DNA of 64,000 bases from Leucoraja erinacea (Eukaryota). Within the stretch, counting starts at the first letter, position 1. Each line of letters starts with the position of its first letter. The position numbers and the translations under genes were made by a program. The stretch is from contig NC_073385.1 in NCBI RefSeq assembly GCF_028641065.1, positions 59,148,001 through 59,212,000 of the forward strand, given 5' to 3'. Positions 51,089-63,954 of this stretch are shown piece by piece. The notes beneath the pieces are model-generated. The model searched no databases and was not told the origin of the DNA. It saw only the letters and a program-made list of their open reading frames with translations.

Positions 51089-51206
51089 CTGCTGCAGGGA
51101 CAGACGCACAGGCCACAGCATTTGCTGAGGTCAGTCAGGTTCTTCTCTGCTTCCTTCATGTCCTGGTTGATCTGATCCAGTCCTTCATCAATGCGCTTCA
51201 GTTGTT
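51089..51206 (-). CDS. SNAP23: SNAP23 coding exon 4 (end of Qb SNARE motif, palmitoylation Cys cluster)
   Basis: gtgtag|AA; [40 protein letters not shown], with the five-Cys CCGLCVCPC of SNAP23; donor AG|GTAAGC. Confidence 0.95.
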
Positions 51207-51672
51207 CTACACAAAGAACAGCAGAAAGCCACCGGTCATGTGTTATGATGCGGACAAAGCTCAGTGGAAATCTTCAGAGAGGTGTTGTTTGAAGCCCACC
51301 TCAATCCACCCAATGCAGTCTGACACTTACCCCTCATGTCTCAGGAATTGCCCAAGAACCCTAAGGGGCAACAGTCCTGCCAGGGGACACATCTGCTCTC
51401 CCATGGGGGCAACAACCCAGCACGATTAATCTTGCTTTGTACACTATATGTGCAGACATCCTGTGGTCTAATTGGCAACATCCTCCTCGTCCCCACTGCT
51501 CTTGCCCAGATGTTTGGGGGCTATACAGGAAAACTCACGCACACCCCTGGGGACGCCCACAGCACAGGCGAGGCTGTCGCTCCCACCTGCCCACATCCTT
51601 GAGAGGAACCCTCCCTCCCCCACCCTCCCCCGGGTCCAAACCAATCGTTACCAAGAGTGGCAGTACACTTAC

Positions 51673-51721
51673 CTCCCTGTTCATCCAACATGATCAGGGT
51701 TTTACCACCAGCATCCCTGCT
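51673..51721 (-). CDS. SNAP23: SNAP23 coding exon 3
   Basis: ttgcag|AGC; SRDAGGKTLIMLDEQG(E); donor G|GTAAGT. Confidence 0.93.
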
Positions 51722-53006
51722 CTGCAAAGAAAGGAAGAGTCAGTGGCCTGACCGATCAGTCACGGGACGGGGCAGACACACTTACTTCTTCTGCAGCAAG
51801 CATGGCAAATAGTGGGGTCTCCCCAAGGATCTGTATAAGCATCATTCCTCTTTGCCATCCAAAGGAATGGTACTAATGGTTTGCTTTCTGCAGTCGTTTT
51901 CTTTTTGCAGTCTTTCAGTTTATTTTCCCCCCCGGGAGGAAATGTCAAAGACTAGAGGGCATAGCTTTAAGGTGACAGGGCAAAGTTTAAAGGAGATGTG
52001 AGGGGCAAGATTTTTGTTAATGCAGCGTGGTGGAGGCAGATACGATAGTCACATTTAAGCGGCTATTATGGATATTTTGCACTTGAATATTGGGGAATGG
52101 AGGGATGTGGATCATATGCAGCCGTTGAGATGAGTTTAGCCTGGCATCGTGTTTGTAATGGACATTTTGAGTCGACGGGCCTGTTCCTGTGGTGTATTAC
52201 TCCATGTTGTTGCAGAATTTGTGTGTAATTTACATATAATTTATGTTTTTGGGTGTTGTCTGAGTCTCCGTGCCGGCGATACTGCCGCAAGCAAGATTTT
52301 CATGATACCTGTATCTCGTCATTCTTGTGCATATGACAATAACTTCAACCTGACACACTATGGTGTCCTAGTTATGATTGTTGTTAAAATCCAACGCTGA
52401 TCAGGATTGAGAGGGGTGATAGCCCCTGTATAACGAGGAGAGGGGTTAATTACTGCAGTGATATAACGATTGCTCATTTAAGATATGAAAGAGGTGGGTT
52501 GTGAGCCTTTGTAATGCTCTGCTTCAAGAGGCAGTGGTAGTGGGATCTGAATGTCTGTAGATGGCCCGTCCACAGTGGAACAGGCTCAAGCGACCACTTC
52601 TGCTCCTAATTGGTGTGCGATAGAGAATACCTCCCAATAACAGAGGAGCTCGAGCTACTCATGGAAGGGACAGAACGGTTTGCAAAAGAACTTCCATTGC
52701 AGGTTCAAGGTTGAACAGATTGTGTCCTGGATATCTTGCATAAGATGAGTTTTCTTTGGGCCTGGTGACCTGTTTGGGTATCACCATTAAGCAGCCAGTG
52801 TTACAAGTGCCTCCCTCCAGTCTCTGTCATTTCTCAACCTACACCTTAGATATTCCCAGAGTCTCTGCAACAATCCTGTGTACATTGCACAACCGCTCGT
52901 TCCAGTGAACCCAAATCAAATATCTGCTTCTGCACTGCAATAAGTTCTGATGGTAGACCCAGGTCGCCTGCAATCATCAGTGCCCACTGCAGAAGATTTA
53001 CTGTAC

Positions 53007-53048
53007 CTCCTCTGCCAACTGTAGCATCCTCCGGGTGCTCTCCAGTGA
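53007..53048 (-). CDS. SNAP23: SNAP23 coding exon 2
   Basis: tcacag|TCA; SLESTRRMLQLAEE; donor GAG|GTACAG. Confidence 0.93.
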
Positions 53049-53394
53049 CTGTGAACAAAAACAGAAGTAGTTATGAATAGTGGACACCTGCACAAACCAA
53101 CCATCCACCCCCCACAAGTCAATAAGAGACAGTAAGTACTAGCCGAGTCAGCACTGATCATCTGGCAGTCAGGCCCTTCAAATACCATGTGCTGTCCATT
53201 CGACAGCAAAGGAAGCAGCCCTTGCCTGCATGCAACAAGACCTGGGCAACATTGGTTGAAAGCAGGTAGGAATTTTTGCATCACTAAACTGCTGGACAGT
53301 GACTATCATAAAATAATTTGGGCAGTTGCTGTGAGCAACGTACCTCCTAACAGCCTTGCAACGCACAAATCATTGTAATATTCTCCACTTGCCT

Positions 53395-53705
53395 GGGTGG
53401 GCGGCAGGGTAGAGTTGCTGCCTTACAGCGCCAGAGACCCAGGTTCGATCCTGACTACGGGCGTTGTCTGTACAGAGTTTGTACACTCTCTCCATAACAA
53501 CTTGGGTTTTCTCCGGGTGCTCCGGTTTCCTCCCGCACTCCAAAGACGTACAGGTTTGTGGGTTAATTGGCTTAGGCAAAGATTGTAAATGGTCCCTAAT
53601 GTGTAGGATAGTGTTAGTGTACGGGGATCATGGTCGGCACAGAGTCGGTGGGCCAAACTGCCTGTTTCCGTGTTGTACCTATAAACTCAACAACTAAACT
53701 AAAAG
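53395..53705 (+). mobile_element. Near full-length tRNA-derived SINE (other copies ~36840 + and ~49630-49910 -)
   Basis: A-box-like ggcggcagggtag, B-box GGTTCGATCC, CR1-like 3' end, (ctaaa)n tail. Confidence 0.8.
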
Positions 53706-54526
53706 TCAGTCCATGTACGCAATATACGCCACATTAAATCTTCCCCATTATTGTGTGATGCAACATTCTCACTTGCCTGTATGAACAATTTCCCATCTCA
53801 GCACCATCCAGGAAAAGCAGCCATTTAAATGGCGCCCTTATTCTTCACCCTAAACATTCATTCTCTTTACCAACTGCACAGTGAGTACCATCCACAAAAG
53901 GCACTGCAGTTACTCGCTCACGACTACCCCGGCGATACTTCAAACAGATTTCCACTTGAGATTCCCCTCCAGGTCCCACGCATTATCCTTCCCCTTCATT
54001 GTTACGAGTCAAAATCTAGAACTCTCTATCCCTCAGCACCGTGGGAGTACCTTTATCAGAAGGACTGCTGCAGTTCAAGAAGACAACTCATCGCATCGTC
54101 TGAAGGGCAGTTAAGAAATGGTCAACAAATAATAACCGTCTCAGAAATGCCCAAATCGTGAAAATAAGTAAATAAATAAAATGAAGGTAAACGAAACTCA
54201 GCGGGCGGGGCAGCATTTACGGGGCGAAGGAAATAGGCAGCGTTTCGGGTCGAAACGAAAAGATAAAATGATATCAGTTTTGCTGCTGGTAAAGTGAAAC
54301 TGGAGCTTCCAATGAATTCAATTGGCAAGTATGCGTCTTGGGCAAGGTCTGTTGTGATGTACAATGAACAATCAGCTGCCATTCAGTTCCAACAGGGAGA
54401 ATTGCACAACCTTTTCCCTGTCCTGGGGGCTTAAAAATGGGAATGCTTTAGTAAAAAGAAAAACATCTACTTTTGTTCCTCCGCAATGATTCAACAGGCA
54501 ACAGAAATCCCACAGTTAGGACTCAC

Positions 54527-54583
54527 CTCATCCGTCACGTTGTTGGCCCGGAGTTGCAAGTCTTCAGCAGACATTTCTGCCAT
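54527..54583 (-). CDS. SNAP23: SNAP23 coding exon 1
   Basis: Exon starts at 54597 after ctgacag; MAEMSAEDLQLRANNVTDE; donor GAG|GTGAGT. Confidence 0.9.
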
Positions 54584-55498
54584 GTTGATCGCCAAGCCTG
54601 TCAGAAATAGAAAGGAGGATGAAATGGGATCAGAAACAAACCTGTTATTTGTCGATTCCTGATGTCTGGGAAGGTTAGAGATAAACAGCACAGAAACAGG
54701 CCCTTCAGCTCAACTCATGCAGGGTGCCTTCCTGAGCTTGTCCTGCCTGCATTTGGCCCATCTCTCTCTCTCCCTCTACACCTTTCCTCTCCATGAACCT
54801 ACCCAATTGTATTTTAAATGTTGTAATTGTACCTGTCTCTACCAGTTCATCTGGCAGCTCACTCCAGATACCCCACCACCAGCATGAAAAACATGACCTT
54901 CAGGTCCCCTTTAAATATCTCCGCTCTCACCTTACGAGGCGGCACAGTGGCGCAACGGTAGAGCTGCCGCCTTACAGTGCAAATTTGCTAATCATTCCAT
55001 CTACATTCTCATTCAAATCATTACTAAATATGACTAAAAAACAGTGGACCAAGCATGGATCTTTGTGTAATATCACTGGTCACATATCTTCAATCTAGAG
55101 AAATCTCCAAAATCCAGTTCCTCAATGGCAGATCCGATGACATTTGACTTTCCAGATTAGCCTACATTTGGACACCTCCCAAAGGCCTTGCTCAAGCCCA
55201 TGTAGACAATGTCCACTGCCCTGACATCTTGGTCACCACTTCAAGAAACTCAAATTCATGAGCTACAATTTCCCACCCACAAAGTAATGTCGACTATCCC
55301 TAATTATCCTTAATTAGTCCTTCACACTTTTGCAGTTGAGACCTTTGGTAAATACATCCTTAAAAGGTTTAGGTGGAATGGTTGGACTAATCAAAGCCTA
55401 ACATTGATGAGCTAAAGACTTTTGTCATGCTAATGCTGATGTGAGGAACACAACCAATTTAAAACTCACCAGCCATGAGAAGTTTTCATTCACCCTTA

Positions 55499-55670
55499 AG
55501 GGCCTGTCCTACTTGGGCGTCATTACTTGGGCGTGATTTGCGCGCTACTGCCTACGCCACCACGTCTCACCACACGCGCGTAATGCATGCCATGAGCGCG
55601 TCGTGTGTTGTGACGCGTAAATGATGTTGCGTAAATGACGCGCAAATAACGCCCAAGTGGGACAGGTCCT
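55499..55670. mobile_element. PIF/Harbinger (Tourist-like) MITE
   Basis: ~22-bp TIR AGGGCCTGTCCTACTTGGGCGT / ACGCCCAAGTGGGACAGGTCCT; TTA TSD on both sides. Confidence 0.85.
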
Positions 55671-55762
55671 TTACTCTGAACACAAATTTCAGGGAAAATA
55701 CATCCGACTGATACTGAGGGAATCAGAATCAGATAGTGCAAAAACAGGCCCTTTAGCATTAC

Positions 55763-56392
55763 TGATGAAGCTGAATTTTAGTTAAAAATATAAGAAGATA
55801 TTAAATTGGCTTCTGGGCTAGCTTACAGCTTATATGTAGGGTCAAATTAGGCTTGCCTTAGGTTGCAGGTGTGTGAGATAATAAATCCTATAGCATTGTC
55901 TCCCAAGTGAGGAAGTGACGGAGAGGAAGAGAGACATAGCTAGTCACATCTTTGTAAACAAATGGCCTATGTTTATGAGGGACCAAGTGACAGAGAGGAA
56001 GCAGCGAAAAGAGCTAGGGTGATCTCTTTGGAGATAAAATGACCTAAAGCAAATGGCCAATGTTTTTAGTATATCTTGTACCATGTAAACAAAAGGCCTT
56101 TGATGTGATGCATTCTGTGGAAACCTTTTCCTGTACCTCTGACCATGACTAATGTCTGTGGAATGTGCTAAGGGGACAAAAAAAAACCCTATTTAAGGCA
56201 ATGTAATTCTGTTGTTCGGGGAAGGTGGCTGAGCACAGTTAAGTGTCTACATTGGTCACTTAGCTGGAATTCTCGCTCCCTTCCATCGGCCGATGTTAAG
56301 TAAAGTTTTGAACTGGTCTACCAAACAGTTTGTGTGGTGTCTGTTTATTAAGAAGCGAACCTGGTTTAGTAGTTATAAAAGTAACTTTTTCA
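55763..56392 (+). mobile_element. Solo LTR, copy 1
   Basis: TG...CA termini; 4-bp TSD TTAC; TATTTAA box; near-identical to 62334-62933. Confidence 0.9.
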
Positions 56393-56469
56393 TTACTAGT
56401 CATTGTAACCCATCAGGTACAAGTTTACACTCATCTCATTTACCCGCAATTAGCTTTTGGCTTTCAATA

Positions 56470-57105
56470 CCTCAGTCTTTCAAGGGAAGGAACAGGGAGA
56501 CACCGATCTGAATGTGTGGCTGAGGAGCTGGTGCAAGAGACAGGGATTTAGCTTATTAGACCACTGGGATCTGTTTTGGGGTAAGGGTGAATTGTACAAA
56601 ATCAACGGGTTGCACCTTATCAGGCGGGGGACCAGCATTCTGGCAGGTAGGTTTGCCACTGCTACACGGGTGGGTTTAAACTAAATGGGGAGGGGGGAGA
56701 CAAATTAGAAATACAAGGATGGAGTTAAAGGGAAAGAGAGTATAAGAAAAGTTAAGAAAGACACTAGAATTAACGGGACAGAAAGCTCACAAAGGGATAG
56801 GAGAGTAGGGCCAAGTTAAATAGCAATCAATGTGAAAGGTGAGGTGATTAAAGGATTGAAAGTATTATATATGTTTGTGCAAAGTATAAGAAATAAAGTG
56901 GATGAGCTTGAGGCTCAGTTCGAGATTGGTAGATATGATATTGTGGGGATAACATATACACGGCTGCAGGAGGATGGGGGTTGGGAACTGAATATTCAAG
57001 GTTATACATCCTATAGAAAGGACAGGCAGGTGGGCAGAGGAGGTGGGGTAGCTCTGTTGGTGAGGGATTAAATTCAGTCCCTTGCAAGGGGTGAGATAGG
57101 GACTG
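56470..57105 (+). mobile_element. CR1 LINE fragment (ORF1 end, ORF2 endonuclease start)
   Basis: LNVWLRSWCKRQGFSLLDHWDLFWG...GLHL..RGTSILAGRF; SIRNKVDEL...YDIVGIT..L...IQGYTSYRKDRQ.GRGGGVALLVR. Confidence 0.85.
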
Positions 57106-58199
57106 ATGATGACGATGCCATGGTGCAGTCCTTCACACACCATGGTTACTGCAGGGCTGATCTTCTTTGAGCAGATTATGGGAGCACATTGTTCTTTTGG
57201 TGCACAATCCATTGTAGGATTCAGATGCTTTATCAGATAACCAAATCAAAGGGGCATTTCTTACATGATTAAGTAAAATACCTTATTATCTCAAGCAGTT
57301 ATACTCAAATTGTGTGAAATTTGGGATTACATGTAGATCAAATTTGAAATACCTGTATCATTGAGACATTTTGCTACTGTATGACATGTAACAAAGTTAT
57401 CTTTACATGGATACAAAAGGTATTGCAGATGCTGGAATCTTGAGTAAAAATCAAAGTAACACAGGAACTCAGTGGGCCTGTGGAGAAACTGGATTGATGA
57501 CATTTCAGGGTCAGGACCCTTCTTCCGACTGATTGGAGGAGGGGAGAGAAAGTTGCAAAATAGAGGTGGGACAAGCCCTGGTAATAGGTGGACACTGGCA
57601 AAGGTGGGATGGGGGTGGGAAATCTGTGGAGAGAAACAAGATAAACATAAAATGCTGGAGTAGCTCAGCGGGACAGACACCCTTCTTGAAAGAGCATCTC
57701 TGGAGAGAAGGAATGGGTGACGTTTCGGGTAGAAACAAGGTCACGCTTTGGGTCAAGGACTTTTTAATCGCAACCACTTAGATAAGAAAACAAACATGTT
57801 TTTTGTTGAAGGGTGGAGAGAAAAGGGAAATGTTTATGACCAGCTTATAGAGGTGTATAAAATCAAGAGGGGAATTGATAGGACGAATGCACAGTCTTTT
57901 TCACAGGGGAAATAAAAAAATTCAGAGGACTTAGGTTTGTGGTGAGAGGAGATAGATTTAATAGAAACGCAAGGGGCAACTTTTTCATGTTGAGAGTAGT
58001 GGTACATGGAACAAGCTGTCGGAGGAAGTAGCTGAGGCATGTACTATAATAACATTTCAAAAACATTTGGACAGGTATGTGGATAGGAAAGATTGAGGGA
58101 AAGGTTGAGGGAAATGGGCCTAGCTTAGATGGAGCCACCTTGGTCGGCATGTTCAAGTCGGAACAAAGGGTCTGTTTCTATGCTGTATGACTATGAATT

Positions 58200-59160
58200 G
58201 CTGGTTCAACAGCCAAGATTGTTTGGATCCCTTTATGGTGGGTGGGGAAAGAGGTGCAATGTGTTGAATTGCTTGCAGTTGCAAGGGAAAGTAAGTGGGA
58301 ACAGAAGAGCAATCCAGTGAATTGCAAAGAAAGCAATCCCTTGAAAATGCTGGATGTGCTGGAGAGAGGACGACGAGTCTGGAGGAATCTTGTTGGAGCT
58401 GGGAGAAATTGCAAATGATCTGTTGAATGCCGAGGCTAATAGAGTGGAATGTAAGGATCCGTGGAATTCTGCTCTTGCTCTCTCCAGGAGGAAAGATGGC
58501 GAGAGCAGAGGTATCGGAAGTAGATGAGGTGTTGCCCAAGGCTCTGGTGTGTGGACAGATTATACATCCATGGTGAAGACGAACAGGTTTGTGCCAGGGA
58601 ATGGAAACTACCGAAGTGGCGAAGAGCATGTGAAGTGTTCCCACTGTGAAAGGGTCAAGGATGGAGCAGGGAAAAAGGTAGCTGGAGATACTCTCCCACT
58701 CTCCTGACATCAGTCTGAAGAAAGATCTAGACCCAAAATGTTACCCATTCCTTCTCTCCAGAGATGCTGCCTGTCCTGCTGAGTTACTCCAGCATTTTGT
58801 GTCTATCTTTGATTTAAACCAGCATCTGCATTTCCTTCCTACACATAGTTTGAGATGCACCCAGTGCTTCCTACTGCCCACCATTGTAGGGCAGTTTCCC
58901 ATGCAACCACAAGAGACCAGGGACCCATACAGTCTTTCCAGGCAAAGGAGTGATTCCAATGCACTCGTGTACTACATCCTGTGTTCACAGTGCAGGCCGT
59001 GAACATTGGAGAAACCAAACACAGTTTGCGTGATCCCCTCCTGCACTGTTGCAAGAAGGCCCAACATAAGCTTGAGGCATGGCACTTTGTCATTAACCTG
59101 GGTATGTTGCAGTCTGCCGAGCCTCCAGAGTACAGAGTTCTCCAACTTTCCGTATCTCAC
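58200..59160. mobile_element. Degenerate Penelope-like ORF remnants in opposite orientations around a hammerhead-bearing terminal repeat
   Basis: Minus strand RIPRILTFHSISLGIQQII.NFSQLQQD (post-RT linker); plus strand LVYYILCSQC..IGETK (GIY-YIG); decayed core at ~58714. Confidence 0.65.
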
Positions 59161-60399
59161 TCTCTGTACCACAACCAGCCATTTCTCCCGGTCTCCATTT
59201 ATTCAGATTTTGCAGGGTTTTTTTTACACTATCTTCCTGCTTGGCAATCTGTATAACTTGATCATTCATATTAGGGCATTGGGTTCCCCCCCCCCCCCCC
59301 CATGCCAAAATATATTCTCTTTGTCCTACCCATCCCCCACCAGTTTCTCCGCTACCTTGACTAACTTGTTTTCTCTCTCAGTACCGACGAACAGCATTTG
59401 CCCTGAAACGCTAACCGCTTCTCTTTCTATCTGCTGAGAACTCTCAGCGTTGCTTCCTTCATTTCAATTTGCCGGCATCTGAAGTCTATTTTGTCATTTA
59501 ACATCCTTTTTTAAACTCTGCCCCATACGAAATAAACCTCGGAGCCAACTTGGCGTTTTGTATAAGAATTGGTCATGTTTTCTTGTGCTGCAGGCTTTTA
59601 CTGATTTGTATATTAGGTGACTGCAGACAAGATTGACGGTGTGCAGCTTTAAATATTTCTCATGCTGCATAACCTGTCCTCATGCAAAATTATAAACAGG
59701 AACAGTTCAGATGCATGGGGCTAAAACATTCATCTATCAATAATTGCATTAATATATAGTTTAATCTCAAGAGCCTTTTTTCAACTGTTACATAAGCACT
59801 ACTTGTTACATACAAACCAAACAAAGCCGGCACCTCACAGCAATCAGCCCCTTTGTGCCCGTTTCCTCTCCATAACTACCCTGGTTTCCCCTCGCATTCC
59901 TTTCTTCCAATCTTACATCACCCAGCTCTCACCATTCTCTGGTGCAGTTTCTTCCGACACAATTTGTCTACTCCAGCTCTCACCATGTTTCCTTATCCCC
60001 ACCGGCAAATAAAAACCCACTCCTCCCAACGGATCCTCTAATGCTCTCCCTTCCCGTCCCTCTGCTGTTCTCACCTGCCACTACTCCTCATCATTCAGTT
60101 ACATTCTTCACTTTCCTTTCCCACCCTATTCCAGAATCCGTTACCTTTTTCTTCTCCACTCATCACTTCCCGGCCTCAGTCGCAGACTGCACCCTTTCCT
60201 CCGCAACTGACCATTGTCTACTAATCAACCCCGCCTCACCTGCATTCACCTATCGCGTGCTGGCTCTTGCCCCACACCTCTTTATGCTGCCCATTCCCCC
60301 TCACACTGGGAATGGGCACATTTACAGAGAGGCATATGGAGCCATGCACAGCAGCTGGTTGAAGATAAAGGTTTACAACCAGGAGTTATTTTAACCTGA

Positions 60400-60729
60400 A
60401 GGTACACAAAAATGCTGGAGAAACTCAGCGGGTGCAGCAGCATCTATTGAGCGAAGGAAATAGGCAACGTTTCGGGCTGAAACCCTTCTGCAGACTGATG
60501 GGGGGTGGGGGGGAGAAGGAAGGAAAAAGGGAGGAGGAGGAGCCCGAGGGCGGGGGGATGGGAGGAGACAGCTCGAGGGTTAAGGAAGGGGAGGAGACAG
60601 CAAGGGCTAGCAAAATTGGGAGAATTCAACGTTCATGCCATCCGGACGCAAGCAACCCAGGCGGAATATGAGGTGCTGTTCCTCCAATTTCCGGTGTTGC
60701 TCACTCTGGCAATGGAGGAGACCCCGGAC
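60400..60729 (-). mobile_element. 5'-truncated Penelope-like insertion (GIY-YIG end, 3' UTR, hammerhead motif, tail)
   Basis: VRGLLHCQSEQHRKLEEQHLIFRLGCLRPDGMNVEFSQFC*; 12-bp TSD ATTTTAACCTGA at 60388-60399 and 60730-60741. Confidence 0.88.
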
Positions 60730-61626
60730 ATTTTAACCTGACTCTTCACTAGAATGTTGCAAAGTTAACAATTTCACCCTGCTCTCTTTCTGGAACCCTG
60801 TAATTTTCTCTAGTGTGCTATCATTTCAAATTCGCACTTTCTGCAGGGCAAGTTGGTAGCAGGTTCAATCTGCAGTCCAGGTCTGGCAGTCAAAAGTACT
60901 GCGTTTTACATTACAGGGCCACATGCCAATTTATACACCTTGACGACTGGAGAAAAAATAGGAGAACTAACATGGGTGTCAACAACACCACAAACGTTAA
61001 ACCCTTCAACAACACCACAAACGCTGCTATTTGTGACAGCTTGTTTCCTGCACATTGGCTATTGTTTCCTTCAACAGTGGTCACACTGCACTTCCAAGCT
61101 TTTCCCGGAGCGGATCACTGGCAGGCTTCCGAATGCCCCCCCTGGATGCAAGTGGAGAATTGTCCCCTTTGCTCAGTTACAAAATCAATGACTTTTGCAA
61201 CAAAAGAGGGTCTACACAGGACAGGGGACAGTCAGACAGTAACAGGGAAGGAACTGTGAGCTGTCACATTGCTACCAAGCAATTAACATTTGACTGGCCT
61301 TATTTTACTTTGGTGAGAAAAGACTTTGTGAAGCAAGAATTCTAACCACATTTACAGCATTGCTGGGGAAATTTACCCTGGAAGATTTTTAAACAAAATA
61401 CACCAGAACATGTATTAAAAAATATTTACATTCCCAAACAATCACAATCCGCAATATCCCAAACAAAAGATTCCTTTGGACGAGTTTCATTTCTATTCAT
61501 TAGAAAAGGAGAAGCAGGGCTCTACATATGGAACCTGTTATCACGAGGGAGTTAGATTTAGCTCCTAGGGCTAAAGGAATCAAGGGATATGGGGAAAAAG
61601 CAGGAATGGGATACTGATTTTAGATG

Positions 61627-61755
61627 TGTTCAAGAAGGAACTGCAGATGCTGGAAGATCGAAGGTGCACAAAAATGCTGGAGAAACTCAGCGGGTGCGGC
61701 AGCATCTATGGAGCGAAGGAAATAGGCAACGTTTCAGGCCGAAACCCTTCTTCAG
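61627..61755 (-). mobile_element. 129-bp hammerhead mini-element inserted into a CR1 3' tail
   Basis: Minus strand CTGAAGAAGGGTTTCGGCCTGAAACGTT; 14-bp TSD ACTGATTTTAGATG at 61613-61626 and 61756-61769. Confidence 0.85.
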
Positions 61756-62333
61756 ACTGATTTTAGATGATCAGCCATGATCATATTGAATGGTGGTGCT
61801 GGCTCAAAGGGCCGAATGGCCTACTCCTGCACCTATTTTTCTATGTTTCTATAGACCAGTTCAGAATAGGAACTTCGGGCTACGACGGGTGTCGAACATG
61901 ATGCCAGGCTGAACTAATTTCCACTGATTGCACACAAACCATATCCCTCTCTTTTCCCTGCATATCCATGTGCCTATCTAAAAGCCTCTTAAACACCAGT
62001 AAAGTATCTTCCCCCACCACCACCCCAGGCTATGACTGTTCTATTTAGCCCATTCTCTCCTAAATGCAAGAAGATCCTATCCTGAAGACTTCTCCCCAGT
62101 AGCATCCCTGCCATTGAGAGGCTCAGCGGCAAAGAAAAGAACAAAGAAAAGTTGGTTACTTTCCAATATTCAAGGACACATCTGTGGATGGAGAAGATAC
62201 AGATATTTGTCACAGCCCCTGAAATCTCATTTTAATAACCTGGGATAGAACCCATCATGCCCTGGGAATTTATCCACCTTAATGCTTTTCAAGAGATCCA
62301 ACACCACCTATTCTCGATCTCCAACAGCCCAAG

Positions 62334-62933
62334 TGATGAAGCCGAATTTTAGTTAAAAATATAAGAAGATATTAAATTGGCTTCTGGGCTAGCTTACAGC
62401 TTATATTTAGTGTCAAATTAGGCTTGCCTTAGGTTGCGGTGTGTGTGAGATAATAAATCCTATAACATTGTCTCCCAAGTGAGGAAGTGACAGAGAGGAA
62501 GAGAGACATAACTAGTCACATCTTTGTAAACAAATGGTCTATGTTTATGAGGGACCAAGTGACAGAGAGGAAGCAGCGAAAAGAGCTAGGGTGATCTCTT
62601 TGGAGATAAAATAACCTAAAGCAAATGGCCAATGTTTTTAGTATATCTTGTACCATGTAAACAAAAGGCCTTTGATGTGATGCATTCTGTGGAAACCTTT
62701 TCCTGTACCTCTGACCATGACTAATGTCTGTGGAATGTGCTAAGGGGCCAAAAAAACCCTATTTAATGCAATGTCATTCTGTTGTTCAATATTGGTCACT
62801 TAGCTGGAATTCTCGCTCCCTTCCATCGGCCGATGTTAAGTAAAGTTTTGAACTGGTCTACCAAACAGTTTGTGTGGTGTCTGTTTATTAAGAAGCGAAC
62901 CTGGTTTAGTAGTTAATAAAAGTAGCTTTTTCA
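62334..62933 (+). mobile_element. Solo LTR, copy 2, inserted into a degenerate minus-strand CR1
   Basis: TG...CA termini; 4-bp TSD CAAG; AATAAA near the 3' end; flanking IKDNPKVFYTCIQNK CR1 ORF2 remnant. Confidence 0.9.
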
Positions 62934-63954
62934 CAAGCATATCATCACTCCCCACACTGATCTCAATGTTCCATGTCCTTCTCCTGGGTGAATACAGATG
63001 CAGAGTACTAATTTAGTACTTTGCCTATATCCTGACTGCAGCATAAATTTTCCTCTTGATCTTTGAGCAGTCCTACCTGCTCCTTGATTACCTTCTTGTT
63101 TTGAATACATGTATAAAAAACCTTGGGATTGTCTTTGATCCAACTTGTCAGTGATATTTCATGGTCCCCTTGGATCCTTCTAATTGGCTCACTTGAGTTC
63201 TTTACTGCTCGCTTTATATTCATCAAAGGTGTCTGATTTATTTCAAAAGCTTACATCGGCTTTCATATTTGGTCCAAATTTACAATCCCTTTGGTTATCC
63301 AAGGTTTCCTATCCGTCCTCCTAGGTAGAACAAACTAGTCTTGAATGCTGATCAGATGGCCTTTAAACAACTTCCACATCAGATGCGGACTTACACAATA
63401 TCAACTACTCCAAATTTACTCTCACAAGCTCCTGCCCAACAGTGCCGCAATCAATCACGCCTCAATTTAGTACATACCCTCAAGGTTCAAATGTATCCTT
63501 ATTCATAGCTACCTTAACATTTATGGAATTGTTATCATAGTTACCAAAGTACACTGTACACTAGGTATTCCTACAGATCCCTGGAGGTGATCGTGGGACC
63601 TCCTCAAGTTTGTATTAGCAACACTTCCAACTCCTACCCTCAGTCTCTATTGCCTCCTCGTCCCCAACTCCTACAATGTCTTCCTATCACCTCTTCCCTC
63701 TGCCCCTTCGCCACCGTGTCCACACTCCTTGTTTCTTCCTACCCCCTTTTCCCAATTCCCCTTTACCCCTCCTCCATCTGTGCCTGCATTGCTGGTACGT
63801 TCCGACCCTCCACTATCCCCAGTGTCCCTCCTTGCCCCTATGCCCACACTCCGACAGCGCCTTTCTACCTCTCCTCCCCAGTGCCCCTTTCTTCCGCCAG
63901 TGCCCCCACTATCCTCTCCCCTTCCCAGCCGACCGCGCCCGGCCCGGCTCTCAC

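Noticed and set aside
53395-53470. tRNA gene
   Set aside because: A/B boxes belong to a SINE head that continues into SINE body and tail; no complete cloverleaf
55763-62933. A single 7.2-kb LTR retrotransposon bounded by the two LTRs
   Set aside because: Each LTR has its own different TSD, and the interior holds CR1/Penelope debris with no PBS, gag or pol
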